Source: an uncultured bacterium (GTDB lineage Bacteria > SAR324 > NAC60-12). From it: a DNA stretch of 33,446 nt. Below the pieces are notes generated by a model, which had not been told where the DNA came from, searched no databases, and saw only the letters and a program-made list of their open reading frames with translations. Made by a program: the position numbers and the translations under genes. The DNA lies in NCBI GenBank assembly GCA_964010765.1, contig CAXGMD010000035.1, positions 1-33,446 of the forward strand. Reading direction: 5' to 3'. Positions 1 to 10,654 of this stretch are shown in pieces; the stretch's first letter is position 1; the number at the start of each line of letters is the position of its first letter.

Positions 1-574
1 GGCTCATTTTAAAGCCCGTTCTTTCGGAGAGGTATTGCATGATCATGTCATTGTGGGGGCTATCTCGCTCTGTTACTAGCGCAACCTGGCTCCCCGCATA
101 GGTTTGTGCATGAAGTTCTGCATCAGGGAAGGATGATTCTGATTGAGAAACAACTGCACTGGAATTCTCTTCGGAAGATACAACTTCTAATTTTTCTTCT
201 TCGGAAACTGATTCTGTGTCCTCGGTTTCCGTGGTTACTTCTCCAACAAAATCTGGGTAGTCTTGTTTAGTAGTTGTCTCAATGTACTTTCTGAGTTTCT
301 CCTGCTCGGTCACAGTGATGTCACTGAAGCGAACTGCCGCCTGATAGTACCATTCAATGGGCCAGCACCAAATCGCCGTGCCCACAAGGGTAAAAGATGG
401 TTCGAACTCTATGCTAACAAGCTCACCTTCTGAGAGTGGATACTCACAATGGAAGCGAACACCGTTCAAGGAGAGATCTAAACCAGTGGCGATTGGATCC
501 GACCACTCTTCGGTACTTACTTGAATGGTCTCCTCAAAAATGACTCGCAGGTACTGTCTTCGTTCCTCAGCCAT
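1..574 (-). CDS. PilZ-domain protein with acidic linker, 3' end runs off the window
   Basis: Not in the ORF track; translated by hand from ATG at 574: MAEERRQYLRVIFEETIQVSTEEWSDPIATGLDLSLNGVRF... It has the PilZ motifs RxxxR (RQYLR) and DxSxxG (DLSLNG), then an E/S/T-rich linker. The frame stays open to the window edge. Confidence 0.8.
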   Translation of the reverse strand, partial: MAEERRQYLRVIFEETIQVSTEEWSDPIATGLDLSLNGVRFHCEYPLSEGELVSIEFEPSFTLVGTAIWCWPIEWYYQAAVRFSDITVTEQEKLRKYIETTTKQDYPDFVGEVTTETEDTESVSEEEKLEVVSSEENSSAVVSQSESSFPDAELHAQTYAGSQVALVTERDSPHNDMIMQYLSERTGFKMS

Positions 575-651
575 AAAGCAATTGTTCCACTGGATGTTTT
601 AGTTAGCTGTCTTAACTGCCTAAGTTAGCCCTGAATTAAAATAATTATTAC

Positions 652-1392
652 TCAGTATGGCTTTGGCTCATAGCGATTGACGATGTGCATCTCTTGTTCC
701 AGACTACAGGCGTCAATTTGGAAACCTGCAAGTGAAATCAGATGCTCTGATTGGAGACATTGCCAATATTGTTCAACAATTTTTCTGAGATTTCCAACAA
801 GTGGTAAGATCATTGGAGGTCGGTCGTATGTGGGAAGTGGCGATCCATTATGAAGATATGTAGTTAAACCTACTCCCAAACCCTCTGCAAATTGACGGTA
901 GTGGTAAATTGTATGGTCTGATTCAGAATCTACTATTTGGCTCTTTCTCAGTGAAGACAGCCATATTTGAGTAGTTGATTTGCGAAGATCCAATACTCCA
1001 GAGATTCTAGGGGTAAAATTAGGTTCATCGGGCTCATGGTATTGGCTATCCATTCCTTCTGCTAGGTTTTTTCCTTTTTTCAAGGATTCAACAATCACAT
1101 CTGTTTGGCTACCATTACTCACTACCAACGTCTTATCCCATCGCTTTATTGCATTGTAAAGAATGAGTGAGGGGTCTTCGACCAATGGAGGATCCGCAGG
1201 CTCAGTTCGTAAAATTTCATTTTCATACCGCAAACACCGGTTACGACTGTTTGCACTCCGCCCCATGATCCAGTAAAGCCCACCCCAATGGTCTTGGTCA
1301 AAACGGCCCAAGACAACTCCGCGGCCTGGGTAATCATTTTCTGATAAACTTTTGAGATTCTGTTCCGCTAGTCTTCGGGCTTCAGTAGTCAT
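652..1392 (-). CDS. purO: IMP cyclohydrolase-like protein (PurO family, Ntn-hydrolase fold)
   Basis: Motifs YPGRG, GRSxNSRNR, LYNAI, VVSNGSQTD and EPDxPNFTPRISG match the archaeal PurO family. Start placed at MTTEARR (1392), overlapping the rng stop; the track ORF starts at 1422. Confidence 0.75.
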   Translation of the reverse strand: MTTEARRLAEQNLKSLSENDYPGRGVVLGRFDQDHWGGLYWIMGRSANSRNRCLRYENEILRTEPADPPLVEDPSLILYNAIKRWDKTLVVSNGSQTDVIVESLKKGKNLAEGMDSQYHEPDEPNFTPRISGVLDLRKSTTQIWLSSLRKSQIVDSESDHTIYHYRQFAEGLGVGLTTYLHNGSPLPTYDRPPMILPLVGNLRKIVEQYWQCLQSEHLISLAGFQIDACSLEQEMHIVNRYEPKPY

Positions 1393-2845
1393 AAATCTCA
1401 TATTGCTCATGATGCAGAGCATTGGAAGCCTTCATACTCAATGGAACCCCAACTGCCTCTTCAATCTCTTTTAAATTGAAATGCTCGTCTTCTCTCATGC
1501 TCATTTCGATATCTGGATGTACGTAAACTGTAACAGATCCCCTACGCTTATCCTGACATACTCTTTTCAATTCTCTAAAGATTTCCGCCAATACAGTATT
1601 CACAGATTTGATATGCCCACTCCCAGCACAATAAGGGCAAGGATCACAGAGATATCGCATCAGACTTTCCCGATCACGCTTCCGGGTCATTTCCACTAAA
1701 CCCATCTCACTAATTTGGAGAATCTTACTGCGAGCCTTATCATTTCTTAGTTGATCTTTCAGTACCTGATAAACCTCCTGCCGATGTTGAGGCTGCTCCA
1801 TGTCAATAAGATCAATGATGATGATCCCGCCTATATTGCGTAATTGTAGTTGATGAACGATCTCTTCAACAGCTTCCAGGTTTGTTCGCAAGATTGTCTG
1901 TTCATGGCTTTCTTTTCCCACAAATCTACCCGTGTTGACATCGATAGCTGTGAGAGCCTCTGTCTGATCGATAATGAGCGATCCCCCCGAGGGAAGCCAG
2001 ACTTTGTGGCCAAGTGCTCTTTCAATCTCATTTTCAACCCCAAAATGGTCAAAAATTGGTTGGGGAGCACCATAGTATTCAATTAATGAATAAAATTTGG
2101 GTAAGTAGGATTTTACAAACTGACGAATTTGTCGGTACTCCTCGCGTTCATTCACGACCAGTTTGCGAACCTCTTTTGAGAGAGAGTCTCTTAGAGTTCT
2201 GTAAACTACGTTGAGGTCTGTATGCAAAAGACTCGGTGCAGAACTTTTCTCAGCCCTTTGGAGGACTCCATCCCAGAGTGAAACCAGAAAATTAATATCC
2301 GAATGAAGATCTTCCTCAGATCTTCCCTCTGCGACTGTTCTGATGATGAAACCTGCATTTTGTGGCCGTAATCGAGAGACAATATCCCTCAACCGAACTC
2401 GTTCCGCATCATCGGTAATCTGCCTTGACACCCCAACGGTATTAGAAAAAGGCATATAAACCAAATTCCGACCAGGTAAGGAAATATGGCTTGTAATACG
2501 AGCCCCCTTTGTACTGATAGGACCCTTAGAAACTTGGACAATGACGTCCTGACCTTCGGATAAAAGTTGATCGATCGGTATTTTCCCATCAGATGCTTTG
2601 GTAACATCACTTTCCAGGCTTTCTCGGAGAATGTCGTCAATATAGAAAAATGCCGATCTTTCTTCGCCAATATCAACGAAAGCGGATTCCATTCCTGGTA
2701 AGACCTTTGCCACCCGCCCTTTATAAATATTCCCAACAAGCCGCCGCTCTTGAGGTCTCTCATGGTAAAGTTCGGTCAATGCATCCCCCTCTAGAGTTGC
2801 AACCCGAATCTCGTGTGGTGAGTACTCAATGATAATGTCTTTCAT
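1382..2845 (-). CDS. rng: Ribonuclease G (Rne/Rng family)
   Basis: [21 protein letters not shown] (S1 domain), [31 protein letters not shown] Zn-link. 487 aa with no RNase E C-terminal scaffold. Confidence 0.92.
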   Translation of the reverse strand: MKDIIIEYSPHEIRVATLEGDALTELYHERPQERRLVGNIYKGRVAKVLPGMESAFVDIGEERSAFFYIDDILRESLESDVTKASDGKIPIDQLLSEGQDVIVQVSKGPISTKGARITSHISLPGRNLVYMPFSNTVGVSRQITDDAERVRLRDIVSRLRPQNAGFIIRTVAEGRSEEDLHSDINFLVSLWDGVLQRAEKSSAPSLLHTDLNVVYRTLRDSLSKEVRKLVVNEREEYRQIRQFVKSYLPKFYSLIEYYGAPQPIFDHFGVENEIERALGHKVWLPSGGSLIIDQTEALTAIDVNTGRFVGKESHEQTILRTNLEAVEEIVHQLQLRNIGGIIIIDLIDMEQPQHRQEVYQVLKDQLRNDKARSKILQISEMGLVEMTRKRDRESLMRYLCDPCPYCAGSGHIKSVNTVLAEIFRELKRVCQDKRRGSVTVYVHPDIEMSMREDEHFNLKEIEEAVGVPLSMKASNALHHEQYEIYDY

Positions 2846-3600
2846 GAGGTTCCCAAGCCCCCACTAGCTAGTCTAAGTTCTTGATGATTGATCAGATCCC
2901 TCATCTCTCGAACCGCTTGCTCAAAGCCGACAATAATGGCCCTACTGACAATACTATGACCAATATTCAATTCCCTTAGATGTGGAAGATGACAGATCTG
3001 CTGAGTATTCTGGTAAGTCAACCCATGACCTGCGTTCACTTGCATCCCAAGCCGATGAGCTTCTAAAGCAGCAATTTCCAATTTTTGGTAGGCTTCAGAA
3101 AGAATTTTGGTATTTGCTTTAGCATGTGCATAGGGGCCCGTATGCAACTCAATATCTGTTGCTCCAAATTTGGCACTGCTTTGAATTTGCTCCATGTCAG
3201 GATCTATGAACAAGCTCACCCTCATCCCATTATCTCGTAGCTGTCCAATCGCTTTCCTCAAATCATCTCCTCCACCAACGACATCCAAACCACCTTCAGT
3301 TGTTACTTCCTCTCGCTTTTCAGGTACAAGAGTTACTACTTCAGGCTGAATCTCGATTGCGAACTTCAGCATTTCTGCAGTTGTTGCCATTTCCAAATTT
3401 AAAACGGTTTGAATAGTTTCCCTCAAAACACGAACATCCCGATCCTGAATGTGACGCCGATCTTCGCGTAAATGTACGGTAATGCCGTTTGCACCCGCAA
3501 CTTCAGCCAAAGCAGCCGCTGTGACGGGGTCTGGCTCAGAGGCACGTCGTGCCTGCCTCACTGTGGCAACATGATCCACATTCACATGCAGAGCGATCAT
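2842..3600 (-). CDS. pdxJ: Pyridoxine 5'-phosphate synthase
   Basis: [64 protein letters not shown]. Confidence 0.97.
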   Translation of the reverse strand: MIALHVNVDHVATVRQARRASEPDPVTAAALAEVAGANGITVHLREDRRHIQDRDVRVLRETIQTVLNLEMATTAEMLKFAIEIQPEVVTLVPEKREEVTTEGGLDVVGGGDDLRKAIGQLRDNGMRVSLFIDPDMEQIQSSAKFGATDIELHTGPYAHAKANTKILSEAYQKLEIAALEAHRLGMQVNAGHGLTYQNTQQICHLPHLRELNIGHSIVSRAIIVGFEQAVREMRDLINHQELRLASGGLGTS

Positions 3601-3609
3601 TAAAACCTT

Positions 3610-4593
3610 TCAGGGTTCAGTAGAGGATGGATTTTCAGTTGTCAGTCCTTCAACCAAGCGTTCATTTTCCTGTTTTTCCGAGTCAGAGAGTGGAGTCGAC
3701 TTGACCCACAGGGAGATGATTGGCCACTGCTGTAACACGCTAACTTGCCTTGGAACAACTGGTTTAGGGGTGATTTGATAGCTGCCCGGAGCGTACTCAA
3801 GTAAGTCTAATGTCCCGTATACGTCACTGCTATTGAGCGAATTCACTACTTCAGGTGGACCTTCGAGAAACAAGTTGAAGGTACTCGGATTCATCAGTGA
3901 AACATATTCGGAGTTTCTAAAGTATATAGGTACATTGTCAAAGCGTTTCTTGACGGGTAAAGCTCCCAAAGTGATCTTTGCGCTATAATAATCAATCCCC
4001 TTATTCACGATCTGGAATTCTTGAGAAGGCAAATCAATTTTGACCAGCATGTCGATGGAATTGTCTAGATCATTCAGATCAATCTCTCTCGTCATCAACT
4101 GAGAAAGGGGATCCAGCAGGCGTTTCGGGCCACGAATTTTAGCAGTTGGGGGAACAATCTCAATCTGCTCCAAAAGATAGCCCGCACCCAGTTGTCCGCT
4201 GTAGCGTGCCTGAAGTGGAAGCTCTTTTTCGATCAGCTCTTCAATCACTAATTCTACCTGATTGGGTGAAATTCTCTCTATATTCAGTAGGAATGGGGAT
4301 TGTAGATTATCTCCTTCAACAGGAAATGTATAAGTTCCAGGACGTGCTGTTTCCAGGTCAAGTAACATCCGGATTTCTGCAGGATTCAGAGAACTACTTC
4401 GGCGCTGACTTACCGTGGCAGAGACATTGACTTGGGTGGGATTCACTGACACCTGTAACATTGGTGGCAGATTAGTGAAGATGATTGGAGCGAAAAAGCT
4501 GACCTGAACCGGCTTCTCCTCTTGTTTAGCGAGGAACCAAACAGTTAAGGCCAGTACAATCGCGAGGACCTTGAATGGCAGATTATTCCGCAT
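3610..4593 (-). CDS. cdaR: CdaR/YbbR-domain diadenylate cyclase regulator
   Basis: N-terminal NNLPFKVLAIVLALTVWFL anchor, repeated YbbR-like beta domains (P..V.I.GP), directly downstream of cdaA. Confidence 0.85.
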   Translation of the reverse strand: MRNNLPFKVLAIVLALTVWFLAKQEEKPVQVSFFAPIIFTNLPPMLQVSVNPTQVNVSATVSQRRSSSLNPAEIRMLLDLETARPGTYTFPVEGDNLQSPFLLNIERISPNQVELVIEELIEKELPLQARYSGQLGAGYLLEQIEIVPPTAKIRGPKRLLDPLSQLMTREIDLNDLDNSIDMLVKIDLPSQEFQIVNKGIDYYSAKITLGALPVKKRFDNVPIYFRNSEYVSLMNPSTFNLFLEGPPEVVNSLNSSDVYGTLDLLEYAPGSYQITPKPVVPRQVSVLQQWPIISLWVKSTPLSDSEKQENERLVEGLTTENPSSTEP

Positions 4594-4615
4594 GCCAGCT
4601 TAGAATCGAACTTGG

Positions 4616-5482
4616 TTATGAAGAAGCTGCGGAATTCGGTGATGATTCTTCTGTACGACCAATGGAGAGACTGTCGTCAAGAATAAAATCTTCTTCAGCA
4701 GGTGATTTCTTTGTTTTCATTGAGGATGTCTTGCCACTGAGCAAGCTAAATAACATTTGCTTTAGGTCTACCTCACTTTCTCTCATAAGCTGACCTTGAA
4801 AACCTAAGCTGATCTCCTTCCGTTCCTCTGAGACAATCAAGACCACAGCGTCAGTTTCTTCAGTCAAACCCAAAGCTGCCCTATGCCGCGTACCCAACAT
4901 TGTTGAGAGATTTTGATTCATTGAGACTGGCAAGATGCACTTAGCTGCAGCCAGGTCACCCTTGCGACCCAGTATCACGGCACCGTCATGCAATGGCGAC
5001 GTTGGATGAAAGATACTTAGTAAAAGGCTTTCGCTGACAATACCATTAATCGGAGTCCCACGGTCAGTAAAATTTCTGAGCCCCACTTCCTTCTCAAAAA
5101 CAACCAAAGCACCAATCTTTCGTCTGGCCATAGTCCTACAGGCCGCAAGAACTCTCTCCGCAACATCTTGTTGTTGTACTCGATTATCGCGAAAGAGGGT
5201 AATTAACCCAAATTGGGCCAGTGCGTTCCGGATATCAGCTTGAAACAAAACAACCAGCACCAAGACCAATGAATTTGCCAAGTTATCCATCAGCAAACCA
5301 GTAGCATCGAGCTGGAGAAACCTAGCCACCAAATAGAGCACCAGCAGGATGATCATCCCCATCAACATCGGGATAGTCCTGGTGCCTTTTATCAAAAGTA
5401 GAATGCGATAGAAAAGGAAAGAAAGCAGAAGGATATCAATCAGATCCTGCCAACGAAGTGGTACCAGACTCCAAAAGTCCAT
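4616..5482 (-). CDS. cdaA: Membrane-bound diadenylate cyclase (c-di-AMP synthase)
   Basis: Three N-terminal TM helices followed by a DAC domain with intact PLHDGAVI, GTRHRAALG and VSEE motifs. Confidence 0.95.
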   Translation of the reverse strand: MDFWSLVPLRWQDLIDILLLSFLFYRILLLIKGTRTIPMLMGMIILLVLYLVARFLQLDATGLLMDNLANSLVLVLVVLFQADIRNALAQFGLITLFRDNRVQQQDVAERVLAACRTMARRKIGALVVFEKEVGLRNFTDRGTPINGIVSESLLLSIFHPTSPLHDGAVILGRKGDLAAAKCILPVSMNQNLSTMLGTRHRAALGLTEETDAVVLIVSEERKEISLGFQGQLMRESEVDLKQMLFSLLSGKTSSMKTKKSPAEEDFILDDSLSIGRTEESSPNSAASS

Positions 5483-5500
5483 TTGGTAAGCTTTCCTCGG

Positions 5501-7297
5501 TCAGTTGATGGCAGGTGGATTTTTTAGAGTTTCGCGAACAAGATTCCCATCGATCGTTTCGGCCTCAATTAGTTGTTCAGCCAAGTAGTCTAGCACTCGT
5601 CGATTTGTTTCCAACAGGCTGAATGCTCTTTGATAGGAATCATGCAGTAGGCCCCGTATTTCTGTGTCGATCATCTTGACAGACGCATTGCTAAACCACT
5701 TGTGCTGGAGCATATCCCGCCCGAGATAAGCGTTGCGCTCCTCGGAATAAGTCAGCGGTCCGAGTTCCTCACTCATTCCCCATTGGCAAACCATCTTTCG
5801 GGCAATCTCAGTAGCTTTTTTTAAATCGTCAGAAGCGCCAGTTGTGAATCGATTAAAGACTAGATGTTCCGCCGCTCTGCCTCCCATGATCATAGCTAGT
5901 TGTCCAACCAGTTTTTTCTTTGAATAACTATGATGATCTTCGGATGGTAAGAGTTGGGTCAGCCCCAGCGCTCGTCCTCTTGGGATAATAGTGACCTTGT
6001 GAACAGGATCCACTTCAGGAATGGCAGCAGCCACAATTGCATGGCCAGCTTCATGATAGGCTGTCGTACGCTTTTCATCATCAGTAATTAACAGGCTACG
6101 CCGTTCAGCGCCCATCAAAACCTTATCTTTGGCATATTCGAAATCGCCTGTATCAACTTGAGGTTTGTCATTACGGGCTGCCCACAAAGCTGCTTCGTTT
6201 GCGAGATTTGCCAGATCTGCTCCAGTGAATCCTGGTGTTCCACGCGCAATAGATTGCAGATCAGTGTCCGAAGATAGGGGTATTTGCTTTGTGTGAACTT
6301 TAAGAATGCTCTCACGACCACGCAAATCTGGAGTTGGAACAACCACATGTCTATCGAAACGACCAGGCCTCATGAGTGCTGGGTCTAGTACATCCGGTCG
6401 GTTTGTTGCAGCAATTACAATAATTCCCTCGTTTGGAGCGAAGCCATCCATTTCAACAAGGAGCTGGTTGAGAGTTTGCTCTCTCTCATCATTACCACCT
6501 CCGAGACCTGCTCCTCGAGCTCTTCCTACTGCATCGATCTCATCTATGAAAATGATGCATGGAGCATTCTTTTTCCCCTGCTCGAAGAGATCACGAACAC
6601 GACTCGCCCCAACACCGACAAACATTTCCACAAAATCGGAGCCACTGATGCTGAAGAAGGGGACCCCGGCTTCGCCAGCGATAGCTTTTGCCAATAACGT
6701 TTTTCCAGTCCCGGGATCTCCCATCAAAAGTACACCTCGTGGAATTTCCCCACCAAGGTCCCGAAACTTATCTGGATCTGAGAGGAAATCAACGATTTCT
6801 CCCAACTCATCCCGGGCTTCATCAATTCCCTGAACATCCGAAAAAGTAATCGGATTATCCTTCTTCTCCGTTACTTGAGTTCGGATCTTTCCAAAACTCA
6901 TTGCGCGATTGCCTCCACCTTGCATCTGTCTCATGAAAAAGATCCAAATCCCAATAATCAGCAGCATTGGGAACCAACTATTCAGAATTGCCAGAAACAC
7001 GTTACCACGCTCTGGAGGACTCACTCGAATTCTAACATTGTTCTCGCGAAGATTTTGGTACAAGCCAGGATAATCGGGCACCTGTGTTTGGAAGCGTTGA
7101 TTTCCGTCTGTGATGCCGATTACATTGTTGCCTTGAGCAACGACTTCCAAGACAGACCCCGTCTCTACTTTATCCATGAATTCCGTAAAGGAAATTCGCT
7201 GTTCGTTTCCAGTGCGAGAACCCATCATGTTGAAAAGAACCAACATCACCAGACCGATGATCAGCCATATTCCCAAACTACGAATCATTGAATTCAC
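5501..7297 (-). CDS. ftsH: ATP-dependent zinc metalloprotease FtsH
   Basis: Two TM helices, Walker A GDPGTGKT, Walker [21 protein letters not shown]. Start placed at GTG 7297 behind a GGAGAGG RBS; the track ORF starts at 7315. Confidence 0.97.
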   Translation of the reverse strand: MNSMIRSLGIWLIIGLVMLVLFNMMGSRTGNEQRISFTEFMDKVETGSVLEVVAQGNNVIGITDGNQRFQTQVPDYPGLYQNLRENNVRIRVSPPERGNVFLAILNSWFPMLLIIGIWIFFMRQMQGGGNRAMSFGKIRTQVTEKKDNPITFSDVQGIDEARDELGEIVDFLSDPDKFRDLGGEIPRGVLLMGDPGTGKTLLAKAIAGEAGVPFFSISGSDFVEMFVGVGASRVRDLFEQGKKNAPCIIFIDEIDAVGRARGAGLGGGNDEREQTLNQLLVEMDGFAPNEGIIVIAATNRPDVLDPALMRPGRFDRHVVVPTPDLRGRESILKVHTKQIPLSSDTDLQSIARGTPGFTGADLANLANEAALWAARNDKPQVDTGDFEYAKDKVLMGAERRSLLITDDEKRTTAYHEAGHAIVAAAIPEVDPVHKVTIIPRGRALGLTQLLPSEDHHSYSKKKLVGQLAMIMGGRAAEHLVFNRFTTGASDDLKKATEIARKMVCQWGMSEELGPLTYSEERNAYLGRDMLQHKWFSNASVKMIDTEIRGLLHDSYQRAFSLLETNRRVLDYLAEQLIEAETIDGNLVRETLKNPPAIN

Positions 7298-7537
7298 AGT
7301 TTCCTCTCCATTCACATTTGGAATTGTAAAGAATTAAGGTACGCCCTTTTGGGGTTGCGATTTTTATGTCGCGAACAGATCTTAAGCATTAGATTTATAT
7401 TAACAGATAAATTAATTATTCCAGCGTTTTTTTAATAATTTGATGCTTTCATACTTGTCACTGAAGTGCAAGGTGGGACACCCCGCAATGCAAGGCCCAG
7501 ACATCGGATCTCAATTAGCCGAAAGAATAGCCTCAGC

Positions 7538-8356
7538 ATGAAACACTTCCCGCAATCTTATCCTCTTGATCTTGGAAACGTTGGTGTCCTGTTGAGCGAC
7601 CCTATCCAACAAGAAGAGATTGGTCTGCAGATCTGCAAAATCCTGAATGAAAACGATATTCAAGCCCATTTACTGAGGTGGGATTCAGATGCACCCATAC
7701 CACTGGATATGCTAGTCACGGTTGGTGGGGACGGGACAGTACTCTATGCACTCAGTCATTTTCCAAATTGTCCTGTTTTAGCCATCAATTTTGGCAATGT
7801 TGGGTTTCTCACTGCGAGCAATCGTGAGGACTTGGGGACTGCCCTGCAGCAGGTGCTGAGTGGCCAATATGTAATCAGCCATCGATCTATGATTTGTTGT
7901 GAGCATCCTAATGGTCAACTGCATGCCGTCAATGAGATTGTCCTGAAAGGTACAACTCGAATGCTAACCGTAGATCTGTCAATCAATCAAAAAGACATCA
8001 GAAGAATCCGTGGGGATGGAGTCATCGTCGGGACAGCAACTGGGAGTACTGCATATTTAATGGCTGCTGGTTCTCCGATCGTCATGCCAGAATTGCGCTG
8101 TATGATCATAACTGGTTTGAATGAATATGATTTCCGTTCGCGCCCTCTGGTTGTGACTCATGATTCCCTAGTATGCCTGGAAGTCAGCAAGGAAACTCGT
8201 GAGACGGATATTTTCCTAGCCGCGGACGGTGGTGAAAAAATCCCTTTGAAATTGGGTGACGAAATTACCATTAGAGAATCCGACCGTCAGGCCAAATTGA
8301 TTTTTACTGATCCCAACTACTTTTTTCATAATTTATCTTCTCGCCTATCTTGGTAA
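7538..8356 (+). CDS. nadK: NAD(+) kinase
   Basis: VGGDGT, INFGNVGFL, AVNE, GDGVIVGTATGSTAY. Start uncertain (ATG 7538 or GTG 7466). Confidence 0.9.
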   Translation: MKHFPQSYPLDLGNVGVLLSDPIQQEEIGLQICKILNENDIQAHLLRWDSDAPIPLDMLVTVGGDGTVLYALSHFPNCPVLAINFGNVGFLTASNREDLGTALQQVLSGQYVISHRSMICCEHPNGQLHAVNEIVLKGTTRMLTVDLSINQKDIRRIRGDGVIVGTATGSTAYLMAAGSPIVMPELRCMIITGLNEYDFRSRPLVVTHDSLVCLEVSKETRETDIFLAADGGEKIPLKLGDEITIRESDRQAKLIFTDPNYFFHNLSSRLSW

Positions 8357-8387
8357 TGCTTGAATGAAGGCAAAAGTATTCTAGAAC

Positions 8388-9413
8388 ATGCGATCTTTAC
8401 GCTGGTTACGACCATATCGTTGGCCATTATTAGTATCCATCTTACTTCATGTTGGATTCTTACTATTGCTCATAGGGACTCAACCAGCTTCTGGCAGTAA
8501 TCGCAGAACCACCGTTCCTCTCTTGTCACTTAATTCAATCCCCGAACTCGGGAAAAGTCAGCCCAAGCGTCCCCCGTCCAAGGAACAACCTAAGGAAAAA
8601 ACAAAGGCTAAGGAATCCAAGAAAAGCACGGTCAAGGAAACTAAAGAAGTTAAAAAACACCCAAAGCCAACACACCCCAATCCACAAGATAACAGCTTGG
8701 CAAAGGCTACCAAACAAATGGAAGAGATCTTGGATATACCTCAGAATTCTGAGCCCCAGCCAGCTATTGAGCGATTATCCGAAGAAAAACCTGACACAAC
8801 TAAACCCTCCATTCAGCCTTCACTCACTGAACTTCCTGTACAAAAACAGAGCAATAAAAGTTCATCTCCAGCCACAACAAAGAAATCACCCAAAATCGTT
8901 GCGAGGAGTGGTTCCAACTTATTGGAAAATAATAAAAAATTAGCTGCAATCATTTCATCCGCCTCCCAACTTCCAGCCAAAGCACCTCCTGTTACCTCTC
9001 TACCCAAGCGAATTGAAACCAATCTCTTTGAATTACTTGCTGGTACAGAGTTAGTTCCTATCGGTGCTCCAACCCTAATGTCAGCCATGCAGGCCGCTCC
9101 AACAAGCGAGCAGCTGAGTGATCAAGAGGCTTTGGCCTACTCTGAGCAAATCAACAATGTTATTCTGGCCCTGTGGGATGTCCCCTTTCACTTGGTTGAC
9201 AGCAATTTGACGGTAGTTGTACGCTTTACTGTGCAGCCCAACGGAAAAGTCATGAAATATCGAGTGGAAGATCTCTCTGGAAACAAAGCTCTTGATAATT
9301 CAGTACTGACTCTGATTCGTGACTTGCGTATGTTTCCCCCTCTTCCAGATTCATACACGCTGCCCATTTACGAATTCGGCGTTCGCTTCAGTCCAAAGCA
9401 GTTTCAATTCTGA
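8388..9413 (+). CDS. tolA: TolA-like protein (TonB/TolA family)
   Basis: N-terminal TM with SxxxH (SILLH), long K/P/E-rich linker, TonB/TolA C-terminal domain (W..P...VVRFTVQPNG...SGNKALDNSV...FPPLP). Directly upstream of tolB. Confidence 0.75.
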   Translation: MRSLRWLRPYRWPLLVSILLHVGFLLLLIGTQPASGSNRRTTVPLLSLNSIPELGKSQPKRPPSKEQPKEKTKAKESKKSTVKETKEVKKHPKPTHPNPQDNSLAKATKQMEEILDIPQNSEPQPAIERLSEEKPDTTKPSIQPSLTELPVQKQSNKSSSPATTKKSPKIVARSGSNLLENNKKLAAIISSASQLPAKAPPVTSLPKRIETNLFELLAGTELVPIGAPTLMSAMQAAPTSEQLSDQEALAYSEQINNVILALWDVPFHLVDSNLTVVVRFTVQPNGKVMKYRVEDLSGNKALDNSVLTLIRDLRMFPPLPDSYTLPIYEFGVRFSPKQFQF

Positions 9414-9415
9414 TC

Positions 9416-10648
9416 ATGAAGATCTTTCGCATTATCCTGCTTTTCCTAGTTTTATCTGGTGTCTCAGGGAATTCACATGGAGTGGACTACTTTGAAGTGA
9501 ATAGCCCTAGGTTCCGACCATTACAGGTTGTCTTGGTAACCAATCCTCCCGGAGTAAGCAGCAAAAAACTCTATAATGCGATTAGAGAGAATCTTGAGCG
9601 GACTCTATTCTTCAGCGTAGTGGATCCTGTAGTTGCAGCTGCCAGCGAGCTTGCCTTCGTTTGGGATTTGCAACTGAGTAATCAGCGCCAAACTGTGCAG
9701 GGAATTCTGAAAGATCTAAAAGAACAACGCATTCGCAGAAATTTTGAGATCAAAATCAGGAATAGTGATCTGCAGCAAGCGGCTCGCGAACTCTCTGACC
9801 AAATGATTCAGGAAGTTCTTAATGTTCCTGGTTTAGGTCAAAGTCGGATTGCCTACACTGCAAAGCCACCAGGAAGCAATAAGCAAATTCGCCTTATCGA
9901 CTTTGATGGTAAAGTGGACGAACGATTTTCTTACGAATTAGGAGCTTCAAACCTCGCACATTGGTCACCAGATGGCCAAATCCTGCTCTATACGCACTTT
10001 ACAACGACCTCGACAGAATTGGCTCTGCAACCGGTTGATCGTTCTCAGGCTAGACTGCTACGATTCCCCAGAGAAATTCAACCAATGGGAGGATCTTGGG
10101 GGCCTGATGGAGAAGAAATCCTGGTTACCGTAATGAAAGAAGGGAATGCAGACATCTTCCGGTATCAGTTAAAAACTGGTGAGATGTTTCCTCTAGTCAA
10201 GTGGCCAAGCCTGGAAACCTCTCCGGCATGGTCACCGGACGGTCAAACAATAGCTTTTGTCTCTGATCGTCAGCGATTTCGACAACCTGGCATTTACCTG
10301 TACGATATTGAAAGTCGGGAGGTAAAGAGCCTGCCTTTTGAGGGCAAATATTCCAGTGCGCCTCGATGGTCTCCGAATGGTCGTCAGTTGCTTTTTGAAG
10401 CCCAACAGGAAAAATATTTTCAGATTTTTAAGTACAACCTCGACACCGATCAGATTCAACAACTTACCTTTGGACCCTTCAATTCTGAGCAGCCCGACTG
10501 GTCTCCGAATGGACAGCAAATCGTCTTCAGTTCAAGACGTGGAGGAGTAAACAAACTCTATTTTATGTCGGCTTATGGCGGTCGCACAATTCGTGTCACC
10601 AATCAGCCAGCTGGGGTTGCGGAAACAGCTCCAGCATGGAGTAAGTAG
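9416..10648 (+). CDS. tolB: TolB periplasmic beta-propeller protein
   Basis: Signal peptide, SRIAY, repeated WSPDG/WSPNG (PD40) propeller blades, C-terminal PAWS. Confidence 0.88.
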   Translation: MKIFRIILLFLVLSGVSGNSHGVDYFEVNSPRFRPLQVVLVTNPPGVSSKKLYNAIRENLERTLFFSVVDPVVAAASELAFVWDLQLSNQRQTVQGILKDLKEQRIRRNFEIKIRNSDLQQAARELSDQMIQEVLNVPGLGQSRIAYTAKPPGSNKQIRLIDFDGKVDERFSYELGASNLAHWSPDGQILLYTHFTTTSTELALQPVDRSQARLLRFPREIQPMGGSWGPDGEEILVTVMKEGNADIFRYQLKTGEMFPLVKWPSLETSPAWSPDGQTIAFVSDRQRFRQPGIYLYDIESREVKSLPFEGKYSSAPRWSPNGRQLLFEAQQEKYFQIFKYNLDTDQIQQLTFGPFNSEQPDWSPNGQQIVFSSRRGGVNKLYFMSAYGGRTIRVTNQPAGVAETAPAWSK

Positions 10649-10654
10649 GTTTAT

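Noticed and set aside
6306..6833. 175 aa plus-strand ORF
   Set aside because: Antisense shadow of the conserved FtsH AAA domain; S/P-rich with no motif. The same applies to the shadows on clpB (13492-13824) and glnS (31665-32177).
7298..7537. Possible c-di-AMP (ydaO) or other riboswitch in the ftsH/nadK intergenic region
   Set aside because: I could not match any riboswitch consensus. The region is AT-rich and explained as a divergent promoter; an Rfam cmscan would settle it.
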